Shown: positions 50,701 through 64,000 of the stretch, piece after piece
Position numbering within the stretch: position 1 is the first letter of the stretch
Layout: every line of letters starts with the position of its first letter
Assembly (NCBI GenBank): GCA_964016885.1
Contig: OZ024757.1
Location: 5,332,001-5,396,000 of the forward strand
From: Eledone cirrhosa
Taxonomy: Eukaryota
Direction: 5' to 3'
Length of the DNA: 64,000 nt
The notes under the pieces: model-generated
Databases searched by the model: none
What the model was told of the DNA's origin: nothing
The model's input: the letters and a program-made list of their open reading frames with translations, nothing else
Program-made: the position numbers and the translations under genes

Positions 50701-53700
50701 AGTTCAACCATACACATCACATGTCTATACCAACACAGTCTCCTCTCCTACATCTGATTCCTCTTATACCTAGTTTCTCTCCCAGTTCATCCATACACAT
50801 CACATGTCTATACCAACACAGTCTCCTCTCCTACATCTGATTCCTCTTATACCTAGTTTCTCTCCCAGTTCATCCATACACATCACATGTCTATACCAAC
50901 ACAGTCTCCTCTCCTACACACTACATGTGATTCCTCTTATAACTAGTTTCTCTCCCAGTTCATCCATACACATCCCATGTCTATACCAACACAGTCTCCT
51001 CTCCTACATCTGATTCCTCTTATACCTAGTTTCTCTCTCAGTTCATCCATACACATCACATGTCTATACCAACACAGTCTCCTCTCCTACATCTGATTCC
51101 TCTTATACCTAGTTTCTCTCCCAGTTCATCCATACACATCACATGTCTATACCAACACAGTCTCCTCTCCTACACACTACATGTGATTCCTCTTATAACT
51201 AGTTTCTCTCCCAGTTCATCCATACACATCACATGTCTATACCAACACAGTCTCCTCTCCTACATCTGATTCCTCTTATACCTAGTTTCTCTCTCCATCC
51301 ATACACATCACACGTCTATACCAACACAGTCTCCTCTCCTACATCTGATTCCTCTTATACCTAGTTTCTCTCTCAGTTCATCCATACACATCACATTTCT
51401 ATACCAACACAGTCTCCTCTCCTACATCTGATTCCTCTTATACCTAGTTTCTCTCTCAGTTCATCCATACACATCCCATGTCTATACCAACACAGTCTTC
51501 TCTCCTACACACTACATCTGATTCCTCTTATACCTAGTTTCTCTCTCAGTTCATCCATACACATCACATGTCTATACCAACACAGTCTCCTCTCCTACAT
51601 CTGATTCCTCTTATACCTAGTTTCTCTCTCAGTTCATCCATACACATCACATGTCTATACCAACACAGTCTCCTCTCCTACATCTGATTCCTCTTATACC
51701 TAGTTTCTCTCCCAGTTCATCCATACACATCACATGTCTATACCAACACAGTCTCCTCTCCTACATCTGATTCCTCTTATACCTAGTTTCTCTCCATCCA
51801 TACACATCACATGTCTATACCAACACAGTCTCCTCTCCTACATCTGATTCCTCTTATACCTAGTTTCTCTCTCCATCCATACACATCACATGTCTATACC
51901 AACACAGTCTCCTCTCCTACAGCTGATTCCTCTTATACCTAGTTTCTCTCCCAGTTCATCCATACACATCACATGTCTTTACCAACACAGTCTCCTCTCC
52001 TACATCTGATTCCTCTTATACCTAGTTTCTCTCTCAGTTCATCCATACACATCACATGTCTATACCAACACAGTCTCCTCTCCTACATCTGATTCCTCTT
52101 ATACCTAGTTTCTCTCCCAGTTCATCCATACACATCACATGTCTATACCAACACAGTCTCCTCTCCTACATCTGATTCCTCTTATACCTAGTTTCTCTCC
52201 CAGTTCATCCATACACATCGCATGTCTATACCAACACAGTCTCCTCTCCTACATCTGATTCCTCTTATACCTAGTTTCTCTCCCAGTTCATCCATACACA
52301 TCACATGTCTATACCAACACAGTCTCCTCTCCTACATCTGATTCCTCTTATACCTAGTTTCTCTCCCAGTTCATCCATACACATCACATGTCTATACCAA
52401 CACAGTCTCCTCTCCTACACCTGATTCCTCTTATACCTAGTTTCTCTCCCAGTTCATCCATACACATCACATGTCTATACCAACACAGTCTCCTCTCCTA
52501 CACACTACATGTGATTCCTCTTATAACTAGTTTCTCTCCCAGTTCATCCATACACATCACATGTCTATACCAACACAGTCTCCTCTCCTACATCTGATTC
52601 CTCTTATACCTAGTTTCTCTCCCAGTTCATCCATACACATCACATGTCTATACCAACACAGTCTCCTCTCCTACACCTGATTCCTCTTATACCTAGTTTC
52701 TCTCCCAGTTCATCCATACACATCACATGTCTATACCAACACAGTCTCCTCTCCTACACACTACATCTGATTCCTCTTATACCTAGTTTCTCTCTCAGTT
52801 CATCCATACACATCACATGTCTATACCAACACAGTCTCCTCTCCTACATCTGATTCCTCTTATACCTAGTTTCTCTCCCAGTTTATCCATACACATCACA
52901 TGTCTATACCAACACAGTCTCCTCTCCTACAGCTGATTCCTCTTATACCTAGTTTCTCTCCCAGTTCATCCATACACATCACATGTCTATACCAACACAG
53001 TCTCCTCTCCTACATCTGATTCCTCTTATACCTAGTTTCTCTCTCAGTTCATCCATACACATCACATGTCTATACCAACACAGTCTCCTCTCCTACATCT
53101 GATTCCTCTTATACCTAGTTTCTCTCTACATCCATACACATCACATGTCTATACCAACACAGTCTCCTCTCCTACACACTACATCTGATTCCTCTTATAC
53201 CTAGTTTCTCTCTCAGTTCATCTATACACATCACATGTCTATACCAACACAGTCTCCTCTCCTACATCTGATTCCTCTTATACCTAGTGTCTCTCCCAGT
53301 TCATCCATACACATCACATGTCTATACCAACACAGTCTCCTCTCCTACATCTGATTCCTCTTATACCTAGTTTCTCTCTCAGTCCATCCATACACATCAC
53401 ATGTCTATACCAACACAGTCTCCTCTCCTACACACTACATCTGATTCCTCTTATACCTAGTTTCTCTCTCAGTTCATCCATACACATCACATGTCTATAC
53501 CAACACAGTCTCCTCTCCTACACACTACATCTGATTCCTCTTATACCTAGTTTCTCTCCCAGTTCAACCATACACATCACATGTCTATACCAACACAGTC
53601 TCCTCTCCTACATCTGATTCCTCTTATACCTAGTTTCTCTCTCCATCCATACACATCACATGTCTATACCAACACAGTCTCCTCTCCTACATCTGATTCC

Positions 53701-56700
53701 TCTTATACCTAGTTTCCCTCTTAGTTCATCCATACACATCACATGTCTATACCAACACAGTCTCCTCTCCTACATCTGATTCCTCTTATACCTAGTTTCT
53801 CTCCCAGTTCATCCATACACATCACATGTCTATAGCAACACAGTCTCCTCTCCTACATCTGATTCCTCTCATACCTAGTTTCTCTCCCAGTTCATCCATA
53901 CACATCACATGTCTATACCAACACAGTCTCCTCTCCTACATCTGATTCCTCTCATACCTAGTTTCTCTCCCAGTTCATCCATACACATCACATGTCTATA
54001 CCAACACAGTCTCCTCTCCTACATCTGATTCCTCTTATACCTAGTTTCTCTCTCCATCCATACACATCACATGTCTATACCAACACGGTCTCCTCTCCTA
54101 CACATTACATGTGATTCCTCTTATACCTAGTTTCTCTCTCAGTTCATCCATACACATCACATGTCTATACCAACACAGTCTCCTCTCCTACATCTGATTC
54201 CTCTTATACCTAGTTTCTCTCCCAGTTCATCCATACACATCACATGTCTATACCAACACAGTCTCCTCTCCTACACACTACATCTGATTCCTCTTATACC
54301 TAGTTTCTCTCTCAGTTCATCCATACACATCACATGTCTATACCAACACAGTCTCCTCTCCTACATCTGATTCGTCTTGTACCTAGTTTCTCTCCCAGTT
54401 CATCCATACACATCACATGTCTATACCAACACAGTCTCCTCTCCTACATCTGATTCCTCTTATACCTAGTTTCTCTCTCCATCCATACACATCACATGTC
54501 TACACCAACACAGTCTCCTCTGCTAGATCTGATTCCTCTTATAGCTAGTATCTCTCTCCAACCATACACATCACATGTCTATACCAACACAGTCTCCTCT
54601 CCTACATCTGATTCCTCTTATAGCTAGTATCTCTCTCCAACCATACACATCACATGTCTATACCAACACAGTCTCCTCTCCTACATCTGATTCCTCTTAT
54701 ACCTAGTTTCTCTCCCAGTTCATCCATACACGTCACATGTCTATACCAACACAGTCTCCTCTCCTACAGCTGATTCCTCTTATACCTAGTTTCTCTCTCC
54801 ATCCATACACATCACATGTCTATACCAACACAGTCTCCTCTCCTACACACTACACCTGATTCTTCTTATACCTAGTTTCTCTCTCCATCCATACACATCA
54901 CATGTCTGTACCAACACAGTCTCCTCTCCTACAGCTGATTCCTCTTATACCTAGTTTCTCTCTCAGTTCATCCCTAGACATCACATGTCTATACCAACAC
55001 AGTCTCCTCTCCTACATCTGATTCCTCTTATACCTAGTTTCTCTCTCCATCCATACACATCACATGTCTATACCAACACAATCTCCTCTCCTACATCTGA
55101 TTCCTCTTATACCTAGTTTCTCTCTCAGTTCAACCATACACATCACATGTCTATACCAACACAGTCTCCTCTCCTACATCTGATTCCTCTTATACCTAGT
55201 TTCTCTCTCCATCCATACACATCACATGTCTATACCAACACAGTCTCCTCTCCTACAGCTGATTCCTCTTATACCTAGTTTCTCTCTCAGTTCATCCATA
55301 CACATCACATGTCTATACCAACACAGTCTCCTCTCCTACATCTGATTCCTCTTATACCTAGTTTCTCTCCCAGTTCATCCATACACATCACATGTCTATA
55401 CCAACACAGTCTCCTCTCCTACATCTGATTCCTCTTATACCTAGTTTCTCTCCCAGTTCATCCATACACATCGCATGTCTATACCAACACAGTCTCCTCT
55501 CCTACATCTGATTCCTCTTATACCTAGTTTCTCTCCCAGTTCATCCATACACATCACATGTCTATACCAACACAGTCTCCTCTCCTACACACTACATCTG
55601 ATTCCTCTTATACCTAGTTTCTCTCTCAGTTCATCCATACACATCACATGTCTATACCAACACAGTCTCCTCTCCTAGATCTGATTCCTCTTATACCTAG
55701 TTTCTCTCTACATCCATACACATCACATGTCTATACCAACACAGTCTCCTCTCCTACATCTGATTCCTCTTATACCTAGTTTCTCTCTCAGTTCATCCAT
55801 ACACATCACATGTCTATACCAACACAGTCTCCTCTCCTACATCTGATTCCTCTTATCCCTAGTTTCTCTCTCCATCCATACACATCACATGTCTATACCA
55901 ACACAGTCTCCTCTCCTACACACTACATCTGATTCCTCTTATACCTAGTTTCTCTCCCAGTTCATCCATACACATCACATGTCTATACCAACACAGTTTC
56001 CTCTCCTACACACTACATCTGATTCCTCTTATACCTAGTTTCTCTCTTAGTTCATCCATACACATCACATGTCTATACCAACACAGTCTCCTCTCCTACA
56101 CACTACATCTGATTCCTCTTAAACCTAGTTTCTCTCTCAGTTCATCCATACACATCACATGTCTATACCAACACAGTCTCCTCTCCTACATCTGATTCCT
56201 CTTATACCTAGTTTCTCTCCCAGTTCAACCATACACATCACATGTCTATACCAACACAGTCTCCTCTCCTACATCTGATTCCTCTTATACCTAGTTTCTC
56301 TCCCAGTTCATCCATACACATCACATGTCTATACCAACACAGTCTCCTCTCCTACACACTACATGTGATTCCTCTTATAACTAGTTTCTCTCCCAGTTCA
56401 TCCATACACATCCCATGTCTATACCAACACAGTCTCCTCTCCTACATCTGATTCCTCTTATATCTAGTTTCTCTCTCAGTTCATCCATACACATCACATG
56501 TCTATACCAACACAGTCTCCTCTCCTACATCTGATTCCTCTTATACCTAGTTTCTCTCCCAGTTCATCCATACACATCACATGTCTATACCAACACAGTC
56601 TCCTCTCCTACACACTACATGTGATTCCTCTTATAACTAGTTTCTCTCCCAGTTCATCCATACACATCACATGTCTATACCAACACAGTCTCCTCTCCTA

Positions 56701-59700
56701 CATCTGATTCCTCTTATACCTAGTTTCTCTCTCCATCCATACACATCACACGTCTATACCAACACAGTCTCCTCTCCTACATCTGATTCCTCTTATACCT
56801 AGTTTCTCTTTCAGTTCATCCATACACATCACATTTCTATACCAACACAGTCTCCTCTCCTACATCTGATTCCTCTTATACCTAGTTTCTCTCTCAGTTC
56901 ATCCATACACATCCCATGTCTATACCAACACAGTCTTCTCTCCTACACACTACATCTGATTCCTCTTATACCTAGTTTCTCTCTCAGTTCATCCATACAC
57001 ATCACATGTCTATACCAACACAGTCTCTTCTCCTATACACTACATCTGATTCCTCTTATACCTAGTTTCTCTCTCAGTTCATCCATACACATCCCATGTC
57101 TATACCAACACAGTCTTCTTTCCTACACACTACATCTGATTCCTCATATACCTAGTTTCTCTCTCCATCCATACACATCACATGTCTATACCAACACAGT
57201 CTCCTCTCCTACATCTGATTCCTCTTATACCTAGTTTCTCTCTCAGTTCATCCATACACATCACATGTCTATACCAACACAGTCTCCTCTCCGACATCTG
57301 ATTCCTCTTATACCTAGTTTCTCTCTCAGTTCATCCATACACATCACATGTCTTTACCAACACAGTCTCCTCTCCTACATCTGATTCCTCTTATACCTAT
57401 TTTCTCTCCCAGTTCATCCATACACATCACATGTCTATACCAACACAGTCTCCTCTCCTACATCTGATTCCTCTTATACCTAGTTTCTCTCCATCCATAC
57501 ACATCACATGTCTATACCAACACAGTCTCCTCTCCTACACACTACATCTGATTCCTCTTATACCTAGTTTCTCTCTCCATCCATACACATCACATGTCTA
57601 TACCAACACAGTCTCCTCTCCTACAGCTGATTCCTCTTATACCTAGTTTCTCTCCCAGTTCATCCATACACATCACATGTCTTTACCAACACAGTCTCCT
57701 CTCCTACATCTGATTCCTCTTATACCTAGTTTCTCTCTCAGTTCATCCATACACATCACATGTCTATACCAACACAGTCTCCTCTCCTACATCTGATTCC
57801 TCTTATACCTAGTTTCTCTCCCAGTTCATCCATACACATCACATGTCTATACCAACACAGTCTCCTCTCCTACATCTGATTCCTCTTATACCTAGTTTCT
57901 CTCCCAGTTCATCCATACACATCGCATGTCTATACCAACACAGTCTCCTCTCCTACATCTGATTCCTCTTATACCTAGTTTCTCTCCCAGTTCATCCATA
58001 CACATCACATGTCTATACCAACACAGTCTCCTCTCCTACACACTACATCTGATTCCTCTTATACCTAGTTTCTCTCTCAGTTCATCCATACACATCACAT
58101 GTCTATACCAACACAGTCTCCTCTCCTACACACTACATCTGATTCCTCTTAAACCTAGTTTCTCTCTCAGTTCATCCATACACATCACATGTCTATACCA
58201 ACACAGTCTCCTCTCCTTCATCTGATTCCTCTTATACCTAGTTTCTCTCCCAGTTCAACCATACACATCACATGTCTATACCAACACAGTCTCCTCTCCT
58301 ACATCTGATTCCTCTTATACCTAGTTTCTCTCCCAGTTCATCCATACACATCACATGTCTATACCAACACAGTCTCCTCTCCTACACACTACATGTGATT
58401 CCTCTTATAACTAGTTTCTCTCCCAGTTCATCCATACACATCCCATGTCTATACCAACACAGTCTCCTCTCCTACATCTTATTCCTCTTATACCTAGTTT
58501 CTCTCTCAGTTCATCCATACACATCACATGTCTATACCAACACAGTCTCCTCTCCTACATCTGATTCCTCTTATACCTAGTTTCTCTCCCAGTTCATCCA
58601 TACACATCACATGTCTATACCAACACAGTCTCCTCTCCTACACACTACATGTGATTCCTCTTATAACTAGTTTCTCTCCCAGTTCATCCATACACATCAC
58701 ATGTCTATACCAACACAGTCTCCTCTCCTACATCTGATTCCTCTTATACCTAGTTTCTCTCTCCATCCATACACATCACACGTCTATACCAACACAGTCT
58801 CCTCTCCTACATCTGATTCCTCTTATACCTAGTTTCTCTTTCAGTTCATCCATACACATCACATTTCTATACCAACACAGTCTCCTCTCCTACATCTGAT
58901 TCCTCTTATACCTAGTTTCTCTCTCAGTTCATCCATACACATCCCATGTCTATACCAACACAGTCTTCTCTCCTACACACTACATCTGATTCCTCTTATA
59001 CCTAGTTTCTCTCTCAGTTCATCCATACACATCACATGTCTATACCAACACAGTCTCTTCTCCTATACACTACATCTGATTCCTCTTATACCTAGTTTCT
59101 CTCTCAGTTCATCCATACACATCCCATGTCTATACCAACACAGTCTTCTTTCCTACACACTACATCTGATTCCTCATATACCTAGTTTCTCTCTCCATCC
59201 ATACACATCACATGTCTATACCAACACAGTCTCCTCTCCTACATCTGATTCCTCTTATACCTAGTTTCTCTCTCAGTTCATCCATACACATCACATGTCT
59301 ATACCAACACAGTCTCCTCTCCGACATCTGATTCCTCTTATACCTAGTTTCTCTCTCAGTTCATCCATACACATCACATGTCTTTACCAACACAGTCTCC
59401 TCTCCTACATCTGATTCCTCTTATACCTAGTTTCTCTCCATCCATACACATCACATGTCTATACCAACACAGTCTCCTCTCCTACACACTACATCTGATT
59501 CCTCTTATACCTAGTTTCTCTCTCCATCCATACACATCACATGTCTATACCAACACAGTCTCCTCTCCTACAGCTGATTCCTCTTATACCTAGTTTCTCT
59601 CCCAGTTCATCCATACACATCACATGTCTTTACCAACACAGTCTCCTCTCCTACATCTGATTCCTCTTATACCTAGTTTCTCTCTCAGTTCATCCATACA

Positions 59701-62700
59701 CATCACATGTCTATACCAACACAGTCTCCTCTCCTACATCTGATTCCTCTTATACCTAGTTTCTCTCCCAGTTCATCCATACACATCACATGTCTATACC
59801 AACACAGTCTCCTCTCCTACATCTGATTCCTCTTATACCTAGTTTCTCTCCCAGTTCATCCATACACATCGCATGTCTATACCAACACAGTCTCCTCTCC
59901 TACATCTGATTCCTCTTATACCTAGTTTCTCTCCCAGTTCATCCATACACATCACATGTCTATACCAACACAGTCTCCTCTCCTACACACTACATCTGAT
60001 TCCTCTTATACCTAGTTTCTCTCTCAGTTCATCCATACACATCACATGTCTATACCAACACAGTCTCCTCTCCTAGATCTGATTCCTCTTTTACCTAGTT
60101 TCTCTCTACATCCATACACATCACATGTCTATACGAACACAGTCTCCTCTCCTACATCTGATTCCTCTTATACCTAGTTTCTCTCTCAGTTCATCCATAC
60201 ACATCACATGTCTATACCAACACAGTCTCCTCTCCTACATCTGATTCCTCTTATCCCTAGTTTCTCTCTCCATCCATACACATCACATGTCTATACCAAC
60301 ACAGTCTCCTCTCCTACACACTACATCTGATTCCTCTTATACCTAGTTTCTCTCCCAGTTCATCCATACACATCACATGTCTATACCAACACAGTTTCCT
60401 CTCCTACACACTACATCTGATTCCTCTTATACCTAGTTTCTCTCTTAGTTCATCCATACACATCACATGTCTATACCAACACAGTCTCCTCTCCTACACA
60501 CTACATCTGATTCCTCTTAAACCTAGTTTCTCTCTCAGTTCATCCATACACATCACATGTCTATACCAACACAGTCTCCTCTCCTACATCTGATTCCTCT
60601 TATACCTAGTTTCTCTCCCAGTTCAACCATACACATCACATGTCTATACCAACACAGTCTCCTCTCCTACATCTGATTCCTCTTATACCTAGTTTCTCTC
60701 CCAGTTCATCCATACACATCACATGTCTATACCAACACAGTCTCCTCTCCTACATCTGATTCCTCTTATACCTAGTTTCTCTCCCAGTTCATCCATACAC
60801 ATCACATGTCTATACCAACACAGTCTCCTCTCCTACACACTACATGTGATTCCTCTTATAACTAGTTTCTCTCCCAGTTCATCCATACACATCCCATGTC
60901 TATACCAACACAGTCTCCTCTCCTACATCTGATTCCTCTTATACCTAGTTTCTCTCTCAGTTCATCCATACACATCACATGTCTATACCAACACAGTCTC
61001 CTCTCCTACATCTGATTCCTCTTATACCTAGTTTCTCTCCCAGTTCATCCATACACATCACATGTCTATACCAACACAGTCTCCTCTCCTACACACTACA
61101 TGTGATTCCTCTTATAACTAGTTTCTCTCCCAGTTCATCCATACACATCACATGTCTATACCAACACAGTCTCCTCTCCTACATCTGATTCCTCTTATAC
61201 CTAGTTTCTCTCTCCATCCATACACATCACACGTCTATACCAACACAGTCTCCTCTCCTACATCTGATTCCTCTTATACCTAGTTTCTCTCTCAGTTCAT
61301 CCATACACATCACATTTCTATACCAACACAGTCTCCTCTCCTACATCTGATTCCTCTTATACCTAGTTTCTCTCTCAGTTCATCCATACACATCCCATGT
61401 CTATACCAACACAGTCTTCTCTCCTACACACTACATCTGATTCCTCTTATACCTAGTTTCTCTCTCAGTTCATCCATACACATCACATGTCTATACCAAC
61501 ACAGTCTCCTCTCCTACATCTGATTCCTCTTATACCTAGTTTCTCTCTCAGTTCATCCATACACATCACATGTCTATACCAACACAGTCTCCTCTCCTAC
61601 ATCTGATTCCTCTTATACCTAGTTTCTCTCCCAGTTCATCCATACACATCACATGTCTATACCAACACAGTCTCCTCTCCTACATCTGATTCCTCTTATA
61701 CCTAGTTTCTCTCCATCCATACACATCACATGTCTATACCAACACAGTCTCCTCTCCTACATCTGATTCCTCTTATACCTAGTTTCTCTCTCCATCCATA
61801 CACATCACATGTCTATACCAACACAGTCTCCTCTCCTACAGCTGATTCCTCTTATACCTAGTTTCTCTCGCAGTTCATCCATACACATCACATGTCTTTA
61901 CCAACACAGTCTCCTCTCCTACATCTGATTCCTCTTATACCTAGTTTCTCTCTCAGTTCATCCATACACATCACATGTCTATACCAACACAGTCTCCTCT
62001 CCTACATCTGATTCCTCTTATACCTAGTTTCTCTCCCAGTTCATCCATACACATCACATGTCTATACCAACACAGTCTCCTCTCCTACATCTGATTCCTC
62101 TTATACCTAGTTTCTCTCCCAGTTCATCCATACACATCGCATGTCTATACCAACACAGTCTCCTCTCCTACATCTGATTCCTCTTATACCTAGTTTCTCT
62201 CCCAGTTCATCCATACACATCACATGTCTATACCAACACAGTCTCCTCTCCTACATCTGATTCCTCTTATACCTAGTTTCTCTCCCAGTTCATCCATACA
62301 CATCACATGTCTATACCAACACAGTCTCCTCTCCTACACCTGATTCCTCTTATACCTAGTTTCTCTCCCAGTTCATCCATACACATCACATGTCTATACC
62401 AACACAGTCTCCTCTCCTACACACTACATGTGATTCCTCTTATAACTAGTTTCTCTCCCAGTTCATCCATACACATCCCATGTCTATACCAACACAGTCT
62501 CCTCTCCTACATCTGATTCCTCTTATACCTAGTTTCTCTCTCAGTTCATCCATACACATCACATGTCTATACCAACACAGTCTCCTCTCCTACATCCGAT
62601 TCCTCTTATACCTAGTTTCTCTCCCAGTTCATCCATACACATCACATGTCTATACCAACACAGTCTCCTCTCCTACACACTACATGTGATTCCTCTTATA

Positions 62701-64000
62701 ACTAGTTTCTCTCCCAGTTCATCCATACACATCCCATGTCTATACCAACACAGTCTCCTCTCCTACATCTGATTCCTCTTATACCTAGTTTCTCTCCCAG
62801 TTCATCCATACACATCACATGTCTATACCAACACAGTCTCCTCTCCTACACACTACATCTGATTCCTCTTATACCTAGTTTCTCTCTCAGTTCATCCATA
62901 CACATCACATGTCTATACCAACACAGTCTCCTCTCCTAGATCTGATTCCTCTTTTACCTAGTTTCTCTCTACATCCATACACATCACATGTCTATACGAA
63001 CACAGTCTCCTCTCCTACATCTGATTCCTCTTATACCTAGTTTCTCTCTCAGTTCATCCATACACATCACATGTCTATACCAACACAGTCTCCTCCCCTA
63101 CATCTGATTCCTCTTATCCCTAGTTTCTCTCTCCATCCATACACATCACATGTCTATACCAACACAGTCTCCTCTCCTACACACTACATCTGATTCCTCT
63201 TATACCTAGTTTCTCTCCCAGTTCATCCATACACATCACATGTCTATACCAACACAGTTTCCTCTCCTACACACTACATCTGATTCCTCTTATACCTAGT
63301 TTCTCTCTTAGTTCATCCATACACATCACATGTCTATACCAACACAGTCTCCTCTCCTACACACTACATCTGATTCCTCTTAAACCTAGTTTCTCTCTCA
63401 GTTCATCCATACACATCACATGTCTATACCAACACAGTCTCCTCTCCTACATCTGATTCCTCTTATACCTAGTTTCTCTCCCAGTTCAACCATACACATC
63501 ACATGTCTATACCAACACAGTCTCCTCTCCTACATCTGATTCCTCTTATACCTAGTTTCTCTCCCAGTTCATCCATACACATCACATGTCTATACCAACA
63601 CAGTCTCCTCTCCTACATCTGATTCCTCTTATACCTAGTTTCTCTCCCAGTTCATCCATACACATCACATGTCTATACCAACACAGTCTCCTCTCCTACA
63701 CACTACATGTGATTCCTCTTATAACTAGTTTCTCTCCCAGTTCATCCATACACATCCCATGTCTATACCAACACAGTCTCCTCTCCTACATCTGATTCCT
63801 CTTATACCTAGTTTCTCTCTCAGTTCATCCATACACATCACATGTCTATACCAACACAGTCTCCTCTCCTACATCTGATTCCTCTTATACCTAGTTTCTC
63901 TCCCAGTTCATCCATACACATCACATGTCTATACCAACACAGTCTCCTCTCCTACACACTACATGTGATTCCTCTTATAACTAGTTTCTCTCCCAGTTCA
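29721..64000. repeat. Satellite array of about 400 monomers (76/78/83/85/90 bp) derived from the RTE LINE ORF, running off the window
   Basis: Consensus catcacatgtctataccaacacagtctcctctcctac[acactac]atctgattcctcttatacctagtttctctcy[cagtt]catccataca. Confidence 0.98.

Noticed and set aside
26548-64000. Repeated MSIPTQSPLLHL ORFs as a gene family, or the array as CRISPR
   Set aside because: They are translations of satellite monomers; there are no unique spacers or cas genes, and the context is eukaryotic

Overview
Eukaryotic, AT-rich, repeat-dominated DNA. The single-exon TGEKP-type C2H2 zinc-finger gene, tRNA-headed SINEs and RTE LINEs suggest a coleoid cephalopod (inference). The first 26 kb contain RTE LINE copies of about three subfamilies with (GAT)n tails, SINEs, a CRE-type retrotransposon fragment, two copies of a non-autonomous Helitron flanking a C2H2 zinc-finger ORF, a dead zinc-finger array turned into an 80-bp minisatellite, and a cluster of minimal hammerhead ribozyme motifs of the Penelope-like-element type, two of them forming a 309-bp palindrome. 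After a 200-N gap, a satellite array (monomers of 76-90 bp) runs from 26548 to the window end. Its monomer is the antisense copy of 30 codons of the RTE LINE ORF. The array shows nested 2-4 kb and 22.5 kb duplications and is interrupted by a young RTE copy whose intact RT ORF is in frame with a satellite ATG. All identities and offsets are hand counts from the sequence and ORF track; no database searches were run.
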